Virus record (IMG/VR): IMGVR_UViG_3300047560_001287
Coordinates: 1-64,000 of that record
Origin: a virus
Taxonomy: Duplodnaviria; Heunggongvirae; Uroviricota; Caudoviricetes
Strand: one strand, 5' to 3'
DNA: 64,000 nt
The first letter of the stretch is position 1, and each line of letters starts with the position of its first letter. The position numbers were made by a program, and so were the translations under genes. This document shows positions 55,327 to 63,180 of this stretch, piece by piece. Below the pieces are notes generated by a model. It did not search any database and was not told the DNA's origin. It was given only the letters and a program-made list of their open reading frames with translations.

Positions 55327-56109
55327 TTATCTTCCAGTATACACCTTTGGTTGGGCATCTTTGATGCGTTGTGCTTCTGTCTTTGGAATCCAGTCTTCTC
55401 CCAAATGAGGGTATTTCTTTATTCTATCTTCAACGACTAGAGCTAATCCTAGTCCTATCCCGGCAGCAATAACAACTGCACCCATACCCCAAGCGGCTTC
55501 AAGCCAAAGTTTTTCAATTCTCTTTTTTCTTTTAACTGAGGCAGCGTGGTCTTCACGCATCTTTTTAGAAATTAACACTTGTTGTTCTTTGCCCATCTGT
55601 TCCATCATATCAGAAACTTCAGTGTACAAAGCACCCAACTCAGGTGGCGATTGGTAAATCATAACTTCACGTAATTCTTTACCCATCTCCTCTAATTGTT
55701 TACGCATCAAAATACGTTGCAATGCACGTTTGCCTAAACTAGCATCTCCTGTGTATACTTCTGTTTTGGCACGTTTTTCTTCTTCATCAAAGATAGCAAC
55801 GCACTTGTAATAATTGTCGTAGTATGCGCCTAGTTGTTCACCTATGTCTTTATAGATATCAGTGTGTTGACCGGCATTTGCTTTTTTGTTTAGGTCTACA
55901 ATTTTGTTGCGTTCTTGAACATACTGATTGCGTTGTTCTACTGTAGCAGGCTTTTCTGGGGGATGGAGTTTATGAAACTGGTCGTCAAGGTCTTTGAGGA
56001 CTTCTTTCACTTCCCCAGCGGCACCCTTGATATCTTTATACAGTTTACAACCTGCCTTAACTGCGGATACAGCTCCGTTGGCAAGTGCAAACAGCGTCAA
56101 TGGATCCAT
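55327..56109 (-). CDS. coiled-coil protein with C-terminal TM anchor (260 aa)
   Basis: Start at ATG 56109 (called start 56172 is TTG). TM AAWGMGAVVIAAGIGLGLALVV. Confidence 0.45.
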   Translation of the reverse strand: MDPLTLFALANGAVSAVKAGCKLYKDIKGAAGEVKEVLKDLDDQFHKLHPPEKPATVEQRNQYVQERNKIVDLNKKANAGQHTDIYKDIGEQLGAYYDNYYKCVAIFDEEEKRAKTEVYTGDASLGKRALQRILMRKQLEEMGKELREVMIYQSPPELGALYTEVSDMMEQMGKEQQVLISKKMREDHAASVKRKKRIEKLWLEAAWGMGAVVIAAGIGLGLALVVEDRIKKYPHLGEDWIPKTEAQRIKDAQPKVYTGR

Positions 56110-56203
56110 CCCAAATTGTTCTTTCTTCTTATTATTATTGTATAAATATTTAGCTGTTTTCGGTGAAAACAATCACGCAATATAATGGCCTACTAAATAT
56201 AAC

Positions 56204-56971
56204 ATGAACGACCTGTATATAGTCAGCTTTATTCCAGGAACGTCCGGTAGATTTGTTTCTAGTATCATTTGGAGTCTGATTAACAATCTTGACGTTAACA
56301 TTGAATACACTAAACACAATTCAGCACACACAACATCACATTGGGCTTTAAGTTGGGCCAATCAACCAGTTTTTACCACTGATGTTTATAAAAAAATTGA
56401 GTTTTCTGACAGCCCCAGCCCACTAAATCCATATGGTAACAAACTATTAAACACTCATGTGTTTCCTGATTGGGATACAATTCGTCAACGATTCCCGAAT
56501 GCCAAGATTGTTGTTTTGAGCTATACAGAAAATGATTTTTTAGAAATTACGGGAAATGCATTACTTAAGAATGGGTTTGACGGGCTAGAAAAAACACCAC
56601 CGCACGATACGCTTTATACTCGCTTTATACTCAATTGTCATAGGAAACTATACGGGCGTGAGTACGATTATACCAAAATTACTACCAACGAGATTCGAGA
56701 AATAAGTTTGGAATACTACATATACGAGAAACAATTCTTGCCAACCAGACCTTTTAGAAACCCAGTAATTCCACCTGATTTTGTTGACACTACACTAGTA
56801 CTGAGTTATAATGATTTGTTTACTATGGAATCTGAACAGTACAAAGGGTTGTCAAGTTTAGCCAATTTTACTGACACAATCGTTTCCGATAGTGTGCAAA
56901 AGATGTATGAAAAATACGTTGATGGTAGAGACAAATTAATCAAAGAAAAAATGCCTTGGATATTATTATGA
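56204..56971 (+). CDS. sulfotransferase-fold-like paralog D
   Basis: IVSFIPGTSGRFVSSII P-loop-like. NSAHTT. C-terminal YEKYVDGRDKLIKEKMPW. Confidence 0.5.
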   Translation: MNDLYIVSFIPGTSGRFVSSIIWSLINNLDVNIEYTKHNSAHTTSHWALSWANQPVFTTDVYKKIEFSDSPSPLNPYGNKLLNTHVFPDWDTIRQRFPNAKIVVLSYTENDFLEITGNALLKNGFDGLEKTPPHDTLYTRFILNCHRKLYGREYDYTKITTNEIREISLEYYIYEKQFLPTRPFRNPVIPPDFVDTTLVLSYNDLFTMESEQYKGLSSLANFTDTIVSDSVQKMYEKYVDGRDKLIKEKMPWILL

Positions 56972-57498
56972 ATACAAATAGAGAAAAAATGCCCCACTTA
57001 TATCTAGATATGGACGGAGTCCAAGCTGACTTATTCCATGCTATAGCAAAACGTGAAAATGTACCTCACTGGGACGATATACCGGATCAAAATGAAGCAA
57101 TCACTAGATTGAGTCTAAAAGGCCCGTACGAAGTTTATCAACTATTCCGTGAACTTGATCCATTGCCCGGTGGTCAAGAAATCATCAAATGGTTACATAA
57201 AAACAAGATTCCGTTTACTGTACTTAGTGCTCCTCTTAGGAACGAACCACAAGCTAGTATCGAAGCAAAACGTGATTGGTTAGACCAATATAATCCGGGC
57301 ACCAGCGAAAATGCTATCTTTACAAAGAGAAAATTTAGGTATGCAACGACTGATGGACGACCCAATGTTTTAGTTGATGACTTTAACTATTATCTACAAT
57401 CCTGGGCTGAAGCGGGTGGAATTGCAGTAAAACACAGTGATGCTACCACTGAATATACGATAAAACAGCTAAATAAGATATACGAAAGGTATTTATAA
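56968..57498 (+). CDS. HAD-family 5'(3')-deoxyribonucleotidase (NT5C-like)
   Basis: LYLDMDGVQADLFHA matches DxDG(V/T) HAD motif I of NT5C family. Confidence 0.6.
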   Translation: MNTNREKMPHLYLDMDGVQADLFHAIAKRENVPHWDDIPDQNEAITRLSLKGPYEVYQLFRELDPLPGGQEIIKWLHKNKIPFTVLSAPLRNEPQASIEAKRDWLDQYNPGTSENAIFTKRKFRYATTDGRPNVLVDDFNYYLQSWAEAGGIAVKHSDATTEYTIKQLNKIYERYL

Positions 57499-57499
57499 A

Positions 57500-58261
57500 A
57501 TGAACTATGTAGTTTCTTCCGCACCTGGCACATTTGGGCCCTCATTAGCAATGATTTTATTTAATCTAGCAAATGACTTTGAATATCCAACTGACATTTC
57601 AGTTAATAATCCATCCTACATTCTTGACTCCGGTGTTAATTCATATGATTCAGATGTATTCTCTCATCTGAGTTTTCCACCTAATGCAAATGGAGTATTT
57701 GCAACTAGAACGTTGGTGAACCTAGAAGAAGTAGCAACTAATAGCAATTTGACAAATACCAAGTTTGTGATTATTAAACTATCAGATGCTAATCGTGTAG
57801 AAATCACTAAAAATACTTATTGTAAAGTTATTGAACCTTTGTCAAAACAGTATTTTACACTATCCCAGCAGGAAAAGGACTTACTAAATCCGGAAGCTAT
57901 TGAAAAAATAGAATACACTTTTAACAAGGTCAAAGAAAAGTTTGATGTTACTGTTTCCGCAGAAAACGTGAATAGCACAGACGTTCAGCAAAAATTATTC
58001 GATGTGACAAATAATAAAAACAATGAATTATTATTAGTCAGATATTCCAAGAATGTTTCTATTCCAGCAGGTATGGAAGATAGAGTTTGTGTGATTAACT
58101 ACGATGATATCATCACGCCTTCAACGAACAATTCATACGTTGCATTGGATCAACTGGTTGAATTTACTGGTGGACAACTAAAACCTGAAATTTTACAAGT
58201 ATACACAGACTTAGTTGAAGAACACGAAACAATGCGTTCTACGGTGTATCCAGCACTATAA
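57500..58261 (+). CDS. sulfotransferase-fold-like paralog E
   Basis: VVSSAPGTFGPSLAMIL N-terminus. C-terminal YDDIITPSTNNSYVALDQLVEFTG. Confidence 0.5.
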   Translation: MNYVVSSAPGTFGPSLAMILFNLANDFEYPTDISVNNPSYILDSGVNSYDSDVFSHLSFPPNANGVFATRTLVNLEEVATNSNLTNTKFVIIKLSDANRVEITKNTYCKVIEPLSKQYFTLSQQEKDLLNPEAIEKIEYTFNKVKEKFDVTVSAENVNSTDVQQKLFDVTNNKNNELLLVRYSKNVSIPAGMEDRVCVINYDDIITPSTNNSYVALDQLVEFTGGQLKPEILQVYTDLVEEHETMRSTVYPAL

Positions 58262-58273
58262 AGTGAGGAAATA

Positions 58274-59047
58274 TTGTCAGTAACTTTTCCTAATACAGAT
58301 ACCTATCTGGTAAATTGGACTGGTGGTGCTAGCGGGGCATTTATTTTATCTTTGCTTTATAGTTTTCTATATAATAAAGTTAATGAAGAACATATATCAG
58401 ATAGCGGCAATGCACACGAAGTCGCATTTGAAATAGTTACTAATAATTGGAAAAATCCAGCATTTAGGCGTACCAACTTCAGATTAAATCAAATCAAAAT
58501 TTATGATGTTATAGATCCATTGGACGAAACAAAACCGTTGATTCTATACAATCATGTTCCACCCAATCTAGAAAAATTATTTGCAAAATATCCTAAATGC
58601 AAGCACATTAGAATATCAGTGTGTGATAAAATGTTACCTAGGATTCAAGGTAATTTGTTTTACAAAACAACTTATGAACACTACGATGTTAGCCAATTGC
58701 GCTGGGATCGAATGGTGTTCCAACACTCGTATTTAAATGGGTACACTCCACAAAATTGTCCACAAGAATTAATTAGACGTTACATCGAAGATACATGTAA
58801 GATTTGGCCCGCAATGGCATCTGATAATTATTACACTGAATATTACGAAATTCCATCAGAGTTCCGTGATAGAGTAATCACAGTACCATACTATGACATA
58901 ATTTATAAACGTGACAAAATCTTAGATTTGCTATCTACATTAACAGAAAAACCAATACGACAAGATATTGTTGATTTTTATGATATTTATTTGGCAAAAC
59001 AAAAATGGTTGATGCAAGAAAAGATGCCATGGATCAACGACCAATAA
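58274..59047 (+). CDS. sulfotransferase-fold-like paralog F (TTG start)
   Basis: GTGAGGA RBS before TTG. WTGGASGAFILSLL. GNAHEV. YYDIIYKRDKILDLLSTLTE...YLAKQKWLMQEKMPW. Confidence 0.5.
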   Translation: MSVTFPNTDTYLVNWTGGASGAFILSLLYSFLYNKVNEEHISDSGNAHEVAFEIVTNNWKNPAFRRTNFRLNQIKIYDVIDPLDETKPLILYNHVPPNLEKLFAKYPKCKHIRISVCDKMLPRIQGNLFYKTTYEHYDVSQLRWDRMVFQHSYLNGYTPQNCPQELIRRYIEDTCKIWPAMASDNYYTEYYEIPSEFRDRVITVPYYDIIYKRDKILDLLSTLTEKPIRQDIVDFYDIYLAKQKWLMQEKMPWINDQ

Positions 59048-59802
59048 GTTTCCCCGACACACCTACATATGCAATTACATGGATGGGAGGTTCATGTGGG
59101 GCATTCATTACGTCACTTGTATATCAATTTGTAGAGGTTTCAGTAAACAAGTACAAATTTTCTCAGTATGGGAACGCACATGATGTTGCCCTCAAACAGT
59201 GTGAGAAAAATTGGACTAGCATCAGTGACAAACGTTATGAAGATAACGAACCAATTTATAAAACTATTAATCCATTGTTTAAAAATAGACCATTAATATT
59301 GTTTGGTCATTTGATACCTGATTTTGATGGTTTATTTTACAAGTACCCTCTCTGCAAGCAAATAATAGTGACAGTAGATGAAAACATGGTTCAGAGGATG
59401 AATGGAAACTTCTTCTTTAAAACTATATGTGACACGTTTCCTGGATCAGACATACAATGGAAAAACATTAAAAACACACATCAGTACCTACAAGAATATG
59501 CAGACCCAAGAATATTACCTGTTGATGTTGCACAAGAATACATTATAAACTGTAGCCATAGCTGGCCGTTACAGGGCGCAGAATTCTTTACTGATGATTT
59601 TTCGATTCCAGACAAATATGTTGATAATGTTACTAAAATCAAAATGCATGATTTGATACACGACCCTGATAAAGTTTTGCAAACACTGAGTTCTGTGACT
59701 GGTTCTGAAATCAGACCTGATATTGTAGAATACTACCAAAATTATTTGGATAAACAATCAGAGCTTGTAAAAACAAAAATGCCCTGGTTAGACGATAAAT
59801 AA
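59029..59802 (+). CDS. sulfotransferase-fold-like paralog G
   Basis: WMGGSCGAFITSLV. GNAHDV. MHDLIHDPDKVLQTLSSVTG...YLDKQSELVKTKMPW. Start is uncertain (59005 or 59029). Confidence 0.5.
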   Translation: MDQRPISFPDTPTYAITWMGGSCGAFITSLVYQFVEVSVNKYKFSQYGNAHDVALKQCEKNWTSISDKRYEDNEPIYKTINPLFKNRPLILFGHLIPDFDGLFYKYPLCKQIIVTVDENMVQRMNGNFFFKTICDTFPGSDIQWKNIKNTHQYLQEYADPRILPVDVAQEYIINCSHSWPLQGAEFFTDDFSIPDKYVDNVTKIKMHDLIHDPDKVLQTLSSVTGSEIRPDIVEYYQNYLDKQSELVKTKMPWLDDK

Positions 59803-59816
59803 TCTTACCAAACAGT

Positions 59817-59845
59817 TTGACTAATAGTTAATAAGAAAGTATTAT
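59817..59845 (+). promoter_or_regulatory. possible promoter TTGACT-17-TATTAT
   Basis: In 48-bp gap. Very short leader. Confidence 0.35.
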
Positions 59846-59850
59846 AGAGT

Positions 59851-60036
59851 ATGGCTAACCCCGGACAACACTACACACGTTATGAAGTAATCACACAGGA
59901 AGATCCTGAAACCGGTGATTTAATTGTTCCGATTCCACAAGTATTACTTGACCAACTAGGATGGGTTGAAGGGGACACGATTGATTTTAGTCTCGATGAA
60001 AATGGTCACTACATTATTAGAAAGTTAAACAAATGA
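59851..60036 (+). CDS. small SpoVT/AbrB-like (looped-hinge helix) domain protein
   Basis: LIVPIPQVLLDQLGWVEGDTIDF resembles AbrB/MazE swapped-hairpin motif. Confidence 0.4.
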   Translation: MANPGQHYTRYEVITQEDPETGDLIVPIPQVLLDQLGWVEGDTIDFSLDENGHYIIRKLNK

Positions 60037-60464
60037 ACGATGACATTTCCATAGACACAATCACACTAAATTTAAGTGAAGAAGATGATATGGCATATAT
60101 TATAAATTCACCCACGAGCACATCAGCGGCATCATGGGTTAGTACAGCAGGGACAAGTAGTGTTTGGTTAACAGCTAACAGTGCTGGTTCTGCTTCATGG
60201 GTTGATTCTATATCTGGTTCAACAGTAATAGACAGCAAAGCCCTCACAGTTAAGGGGGACGCAGAATTTGAAGGTGATGTTAAGATACAAGGCAAAAGCC
60301 TTTCCGACACATTAGAGAATATTGAAAAACGTTTGGCTATTCTTCACCCAAACAAAGAACTAGAAGAAAAATGGGAACGTCTAAAGTCTTTGGGTGACAT
60401 GTACCGTGAACTTGAAGCTGAAATTATCGAAAAAGAACAAATCTGGGCTACCCTAAAAAAGTAA
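60033..60464 (+). CDS. hypothetical protein, Ser/Thr-rich N-terminus and C-terminal coiled coil (143 aa)
   Basis: ATGA overlap. Confidence 0.45.
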   Translation: MNDDISIDTITLNLSEEDDMAYIINSPTSTSAASWVSTAGTSSVWLTANSAGSASWVDSISGSTVIDSKALTVKGDAEFEGDVKIQGKSLSDTLENIEKRLAILHPNKELEEKWERLKSLGDMYRELEAEIIEKEQIWATLKK

Positions 60465-60478
60465 TACTTTTTATGTAC

Positions 60479-60506
60479 TTGACAATTTACCACTTTTCCG
60501 TATAAT
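60479..60506 (+). promoter_or_regulatory. sigma70-like promoter TTGACA-16-TATAAT
   Basis: Consensus hexamers. Confidence 0.5.
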
Positions 60507-60538
60507 AGATACTGTATGAACTACATGGATTCAACAGT

Positions 60539-60937
60539 ATGACTATGCACCTCGCACATCCTGCCCTTTCTATGGGCGGCAAACGCAAAGGCAAGCAAAA
60601 GTTTCGCAATGCAGACGAGGCACGTAAAGCACGTGAGCTTGACACCTCTTGGAAAGAATTACAGAAAAAGTGGGGCGTTGAACAACAAGAAAAAAAGCGT
60701 AAGTCCGCATTAGCGGCACCGCCCCTAACATATCGGCTAACTGCTCCTGCTGGACGTGAATCCACACATAAGGCACGTAGTCTGCCTGACACACATTTAG
60801 GTGCAGTCAGTAGCAAGCCCACTCAACAATATACTGGTACTAAGATGTTAGGTATCGGTACACTGCACAAGTCTAATGCTGTGCCTGTGTTCAGTGATGA
60901 CGAAGCTAAAGATATCTCTAGGATGCGCCGTGGCTAA
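60539..60937 (+). CDS. hypothetical basic protein (132 aa)
   Basis: No SD. Locally GC-richer. Antisense ORFs also open. Coding status uncertain. Confidence 0.35.
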   Translation: MTMHLAHPALSMGGKRKGKQKFRNADEARKARELDTSWKELQKKWGVEQQEKKRKSALAAPPLTYRLTAPAGRESTHKARSLPDTHLGAVSSKPTQQYTGTKMLGIGTLHKSNAVPVFSDDEAKDISRMRRG

Positions 60938-61187
60938 TTACTACTGTGAAGTCATTGTGGATCATAGTGTCTACAAGCCGGGTGTTTACACATTTCAGGA
61001 AGATGCCTTCAATCTCGGGTGGGGGAAACGTGCTAAACTAGTTCAAATGTCACATTACGTAATTAAAGAATATGAAGGTGGAAGAACGGTTTGGATAAAG
61101 AATCGTTCCAGAGCTACCCCTGATTTATTAACCCAGGATGAATTGAAACAGTTCATGTGGACAAAACTTAAAGCACAAAATATTTAA
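60897..61187 (+). CDS. hypothetical protein (about 96 aa)
   Basis: Overlaps previous ORF. Start is uncertain (ATG 60897 or GTG 60930). Confidence 0.3.
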   Translation: MTKLKISLGCAVANYYCEVIVDHSVYKPGVYTFQEDAFNLGWGKRAKLVQMSHYVIKEYEGGRTVWIKNRSRATPDLLTQDELKQFMWTKLKAQNI

Positions 61188-61206
61188 AGGAGAAAGTAAA
61201 ACCAAA

Positions 61207-61422
61207 ATGGCAAAAGAAGAAGGCATTAAGATGGATGGCAAAGTAGTTGAAGTGTTACCCAACGCCACCTTCAGAGTAACACTAAATGCAGGTCAAACTG
61301 TAATGGGTTATATCTCAGGAAAAATGCGTCAACATGATATTAAAATTCTATTAGGTGACACAGTAGAAGTCGAATTTAGTCCATACGACCTGACAAAAGG
61401 ACGAATTGTAAGGCGTAGATAA
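61207..61422 (+). CDS. infA: translation initiation factor IF-1
   Basis: [60 protein letters not shown] is collinear with bacterial InfA S1-like fold. Confidence 0.85.
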   Translation: MAKEEGIKMDGKVVEVLPNATFRVTLNAGQTVMGYISGKMRQHDIKILLGDTVEVEFSPYDLTKGRIVRRR

Positions 61423-62046
61423 ATGCAATTCTGTAATGGATTGCTAGGACACGACCCTAGTGAATATTTCAATACTAGCGGTCATAGGTGTAAAGAACTA
61501 AAAGATGTAGACTTACACAAATACATTTTATTTGTGGGTGACAACGTGGGTGTAGATTTATCTAAACCAGTTGAAGAAACCTACCCTTATTTAATCAGTC
61601 AACGTTTAAAGATGGATTATTATAATCTATGCGTCTTTAACGGTGGGCTGGATGCCATCAAGTTTAACTTGATATCTTGGTTTCAACTAGTCCCCCAGAA
61701 ACCCAAAATGATAATCGTCAGTACAGAGTTTTTAAACTCTATCATAACATCCGATCATAATCATTCGTTTTTTACCCCTGCTGATTATAACAATCAGGTG
61801 ACAAAAGATTTCACTGATGCAGGAAACTTCAATGGATTTTTCACTACACGGAAGCTACTATTTGAAAAGTTAATTAGCAATTTAATCAATATACCTATCT
61901 ACCAAATAGAGTTCAAAGATAAATTACCCGCGTTCACTACAAACGTGATTAACATCAAGTACGACGGGGGCATGTTTGACCATCATTCAATTTCAAAAGA
62001 AGTAATAAACAAAATAAATGAATTAACAGTGAGGATCAAACCATGA
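61423..62046 (+). CDS. SGNH/GDSL-hydrolase-like paralog 1 (nucleophile Ser apparently replaced: GDN)
   Basis: YILFVGDNVG (block I-like), DHHS near C-terminus. Paralogous to next gene: GHRCKELKDVDL / TYPYLISQ / DYYNL. Confidence 0.45.
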   Translation: MQFCNGLLGHDPSEYFNTSGHRCKELKDVDLHKYILFVGDNVGVDLSKPVEETYPYLISQRLKMDYYNLCVFNGGLDAIKFNLISWFQLVPQKPKMIIVSTEFLNSIITSDHNHSFFTPADYNNQVTKDFTDAGNFNGFFTTRKLLFEKLISNLINIPIYQIEFKDKLPAFTTNVINIKYDGGMFDHHSISKEVINKINELTVRIKP

Positions 62047-62780
62047 AATTTTATGAAGATTTCCTAGGAGAAGATTTCGCCAATATTCAAATGATGTTTG
62101 CAGGTGAGGATAGTGAAGAACAGTTTGAAAAAAACAAAAAATCACAGCCACCGGATTGGTATTATATTAACAAACCAATTGAATATGCTTATAACAGCTA
62201 CGGTCATAGGTCAAAAGATTTGCAGGATATAGATTTAGACAATTATGTATTATTCACTGGATGTAGTCATACATCTGGTGTTGGAATAGAATTAGAAAAA
62301 ACATACCCTTACTTAGTAAGTCAGCAATTAAATTGTGATTATTACAATTTAGCAATGCCCGCTACGGGTATAGATGTACTAGAATATAACTTATTAACCT
62401 GGTTCGCTAAAGTAAAAAAGAAACCTAAAATTGTATTCATACAATGGCCCGATTGCAGTAGATATATAACATACAATGATGAATTTAAACACGGTATAAC
62501 TAGCGGGTCTTGGGAAAAAGATCCAGATAAAATGAAATTTATTGCAAGCGGCGATTTATCCGGATTTTTTAATGCTCGGGTAAAATTTACAGTTGATTTA
62601 ATACGTACTGTAGTAGAATCACAAACTAGACTTATAACATGTAATATCAGCGGGCAAGTCCCATACGATATGGAAAATTTTACAATGCGAACGATAGATA
62701 AAGCGAGAGATTTGAGTCATGCAGGAATCAATTCCAATTCTACTTTTGCAAAAGCAATCTTAGAACGACTACAGCAATAA
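62043..62780 (+). CDS. SGNH/GDSL-hydrolase-like paralog 2
   Basis: VLFTGCSHTSG (GxSxT block I-like). DLSHAG (DxxH block V). ATGA overlap. Confidence 0.5.
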   Translation: MKFYEDFLGEDFANIQMMFAGEDSEEQFEKNKKSQPPDWYYINKPIEYAYNSYGHRSKDLQDIDLDNYVLFTGCSHTSGVGIELEKTYPYLVSQQLNCDYYNLAMPATGIDVLEYNLLTWFAKVKKKPKIVFIQWPDCSRYITYNDEFKHGITSGSWEKDPDKMKFIASGDLSGFFNARVKFTVDLIRTVVESQTRLITCNISGQVPYDMENFTMRTIDKARDLSHAGINSNSTFAKAILERLQQ

Positions 62781-62802
62781 ATATCAAATATAGGAAAACA
62801 TT

Positions 62803-63129
62803 ATGAATCTAACAATAACCGAATCAGCACAACAAAAAATAGCCGACGTATTAGCGGAAGAAAACAACCCAAATCTACGACTACGAATGTTCATTCAAGG
62901 TGGCGGATGCGCTGGCTTTAGTTATGGATTTACACTAGACGAAGAACAAAATGAAGATGATTTTGAGGTCTCCGCAGGATCCACAAGTGTACTAGTTGAT
63001 AGTATGTCAGCACAGTATGTAAACGGTGCTGAAATTGATTTTATAGACGATTTGAGTGGGTCGAGATTCAGTATCAAAAACCCACAAGCATCAAGTACCT
63101 GCGGTTGCGGGAGTAGTTTCAGCGTGTAA
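62803..63129 (+). CDS. erpA: A-type iron-sulfur cluster carrier/insertion protein (ErpA/IscA family)
   Basis: LRMFIQGGGCAGFSYGF and C-terminal CGCGSSF. The three conserved Cys are present. Confidence 0.85.
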   Translation: MNLTITESAQQKIADVLAEENNPNLRLRMFIQGGGCAGFSYGFTLDEEQNEDDFEVSAGSTSVLVDSMSAQYVNGAEIDFIDDLSGSRFSIKNPQASSTCGCGSSFSV

Positions 63130-63147
63130 CAGCCCAGACCATTTAGT

Positions 63148-63172
63148 CCTTATTGATAAATACTCAATAAGG
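63148..63172 (+). promoter_or_regulatory. perfect 9-bp hairpin CCTTATTGA-N7-TCAATAAGG overlapping the tail-fibre RBS
   Basis: Inverted repeat seen directly. 3' arm contains AAGGA 9 nt before ATG 63181. Confidence 0.4.
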
Positions 63173-63180
63173 ATTAAATT

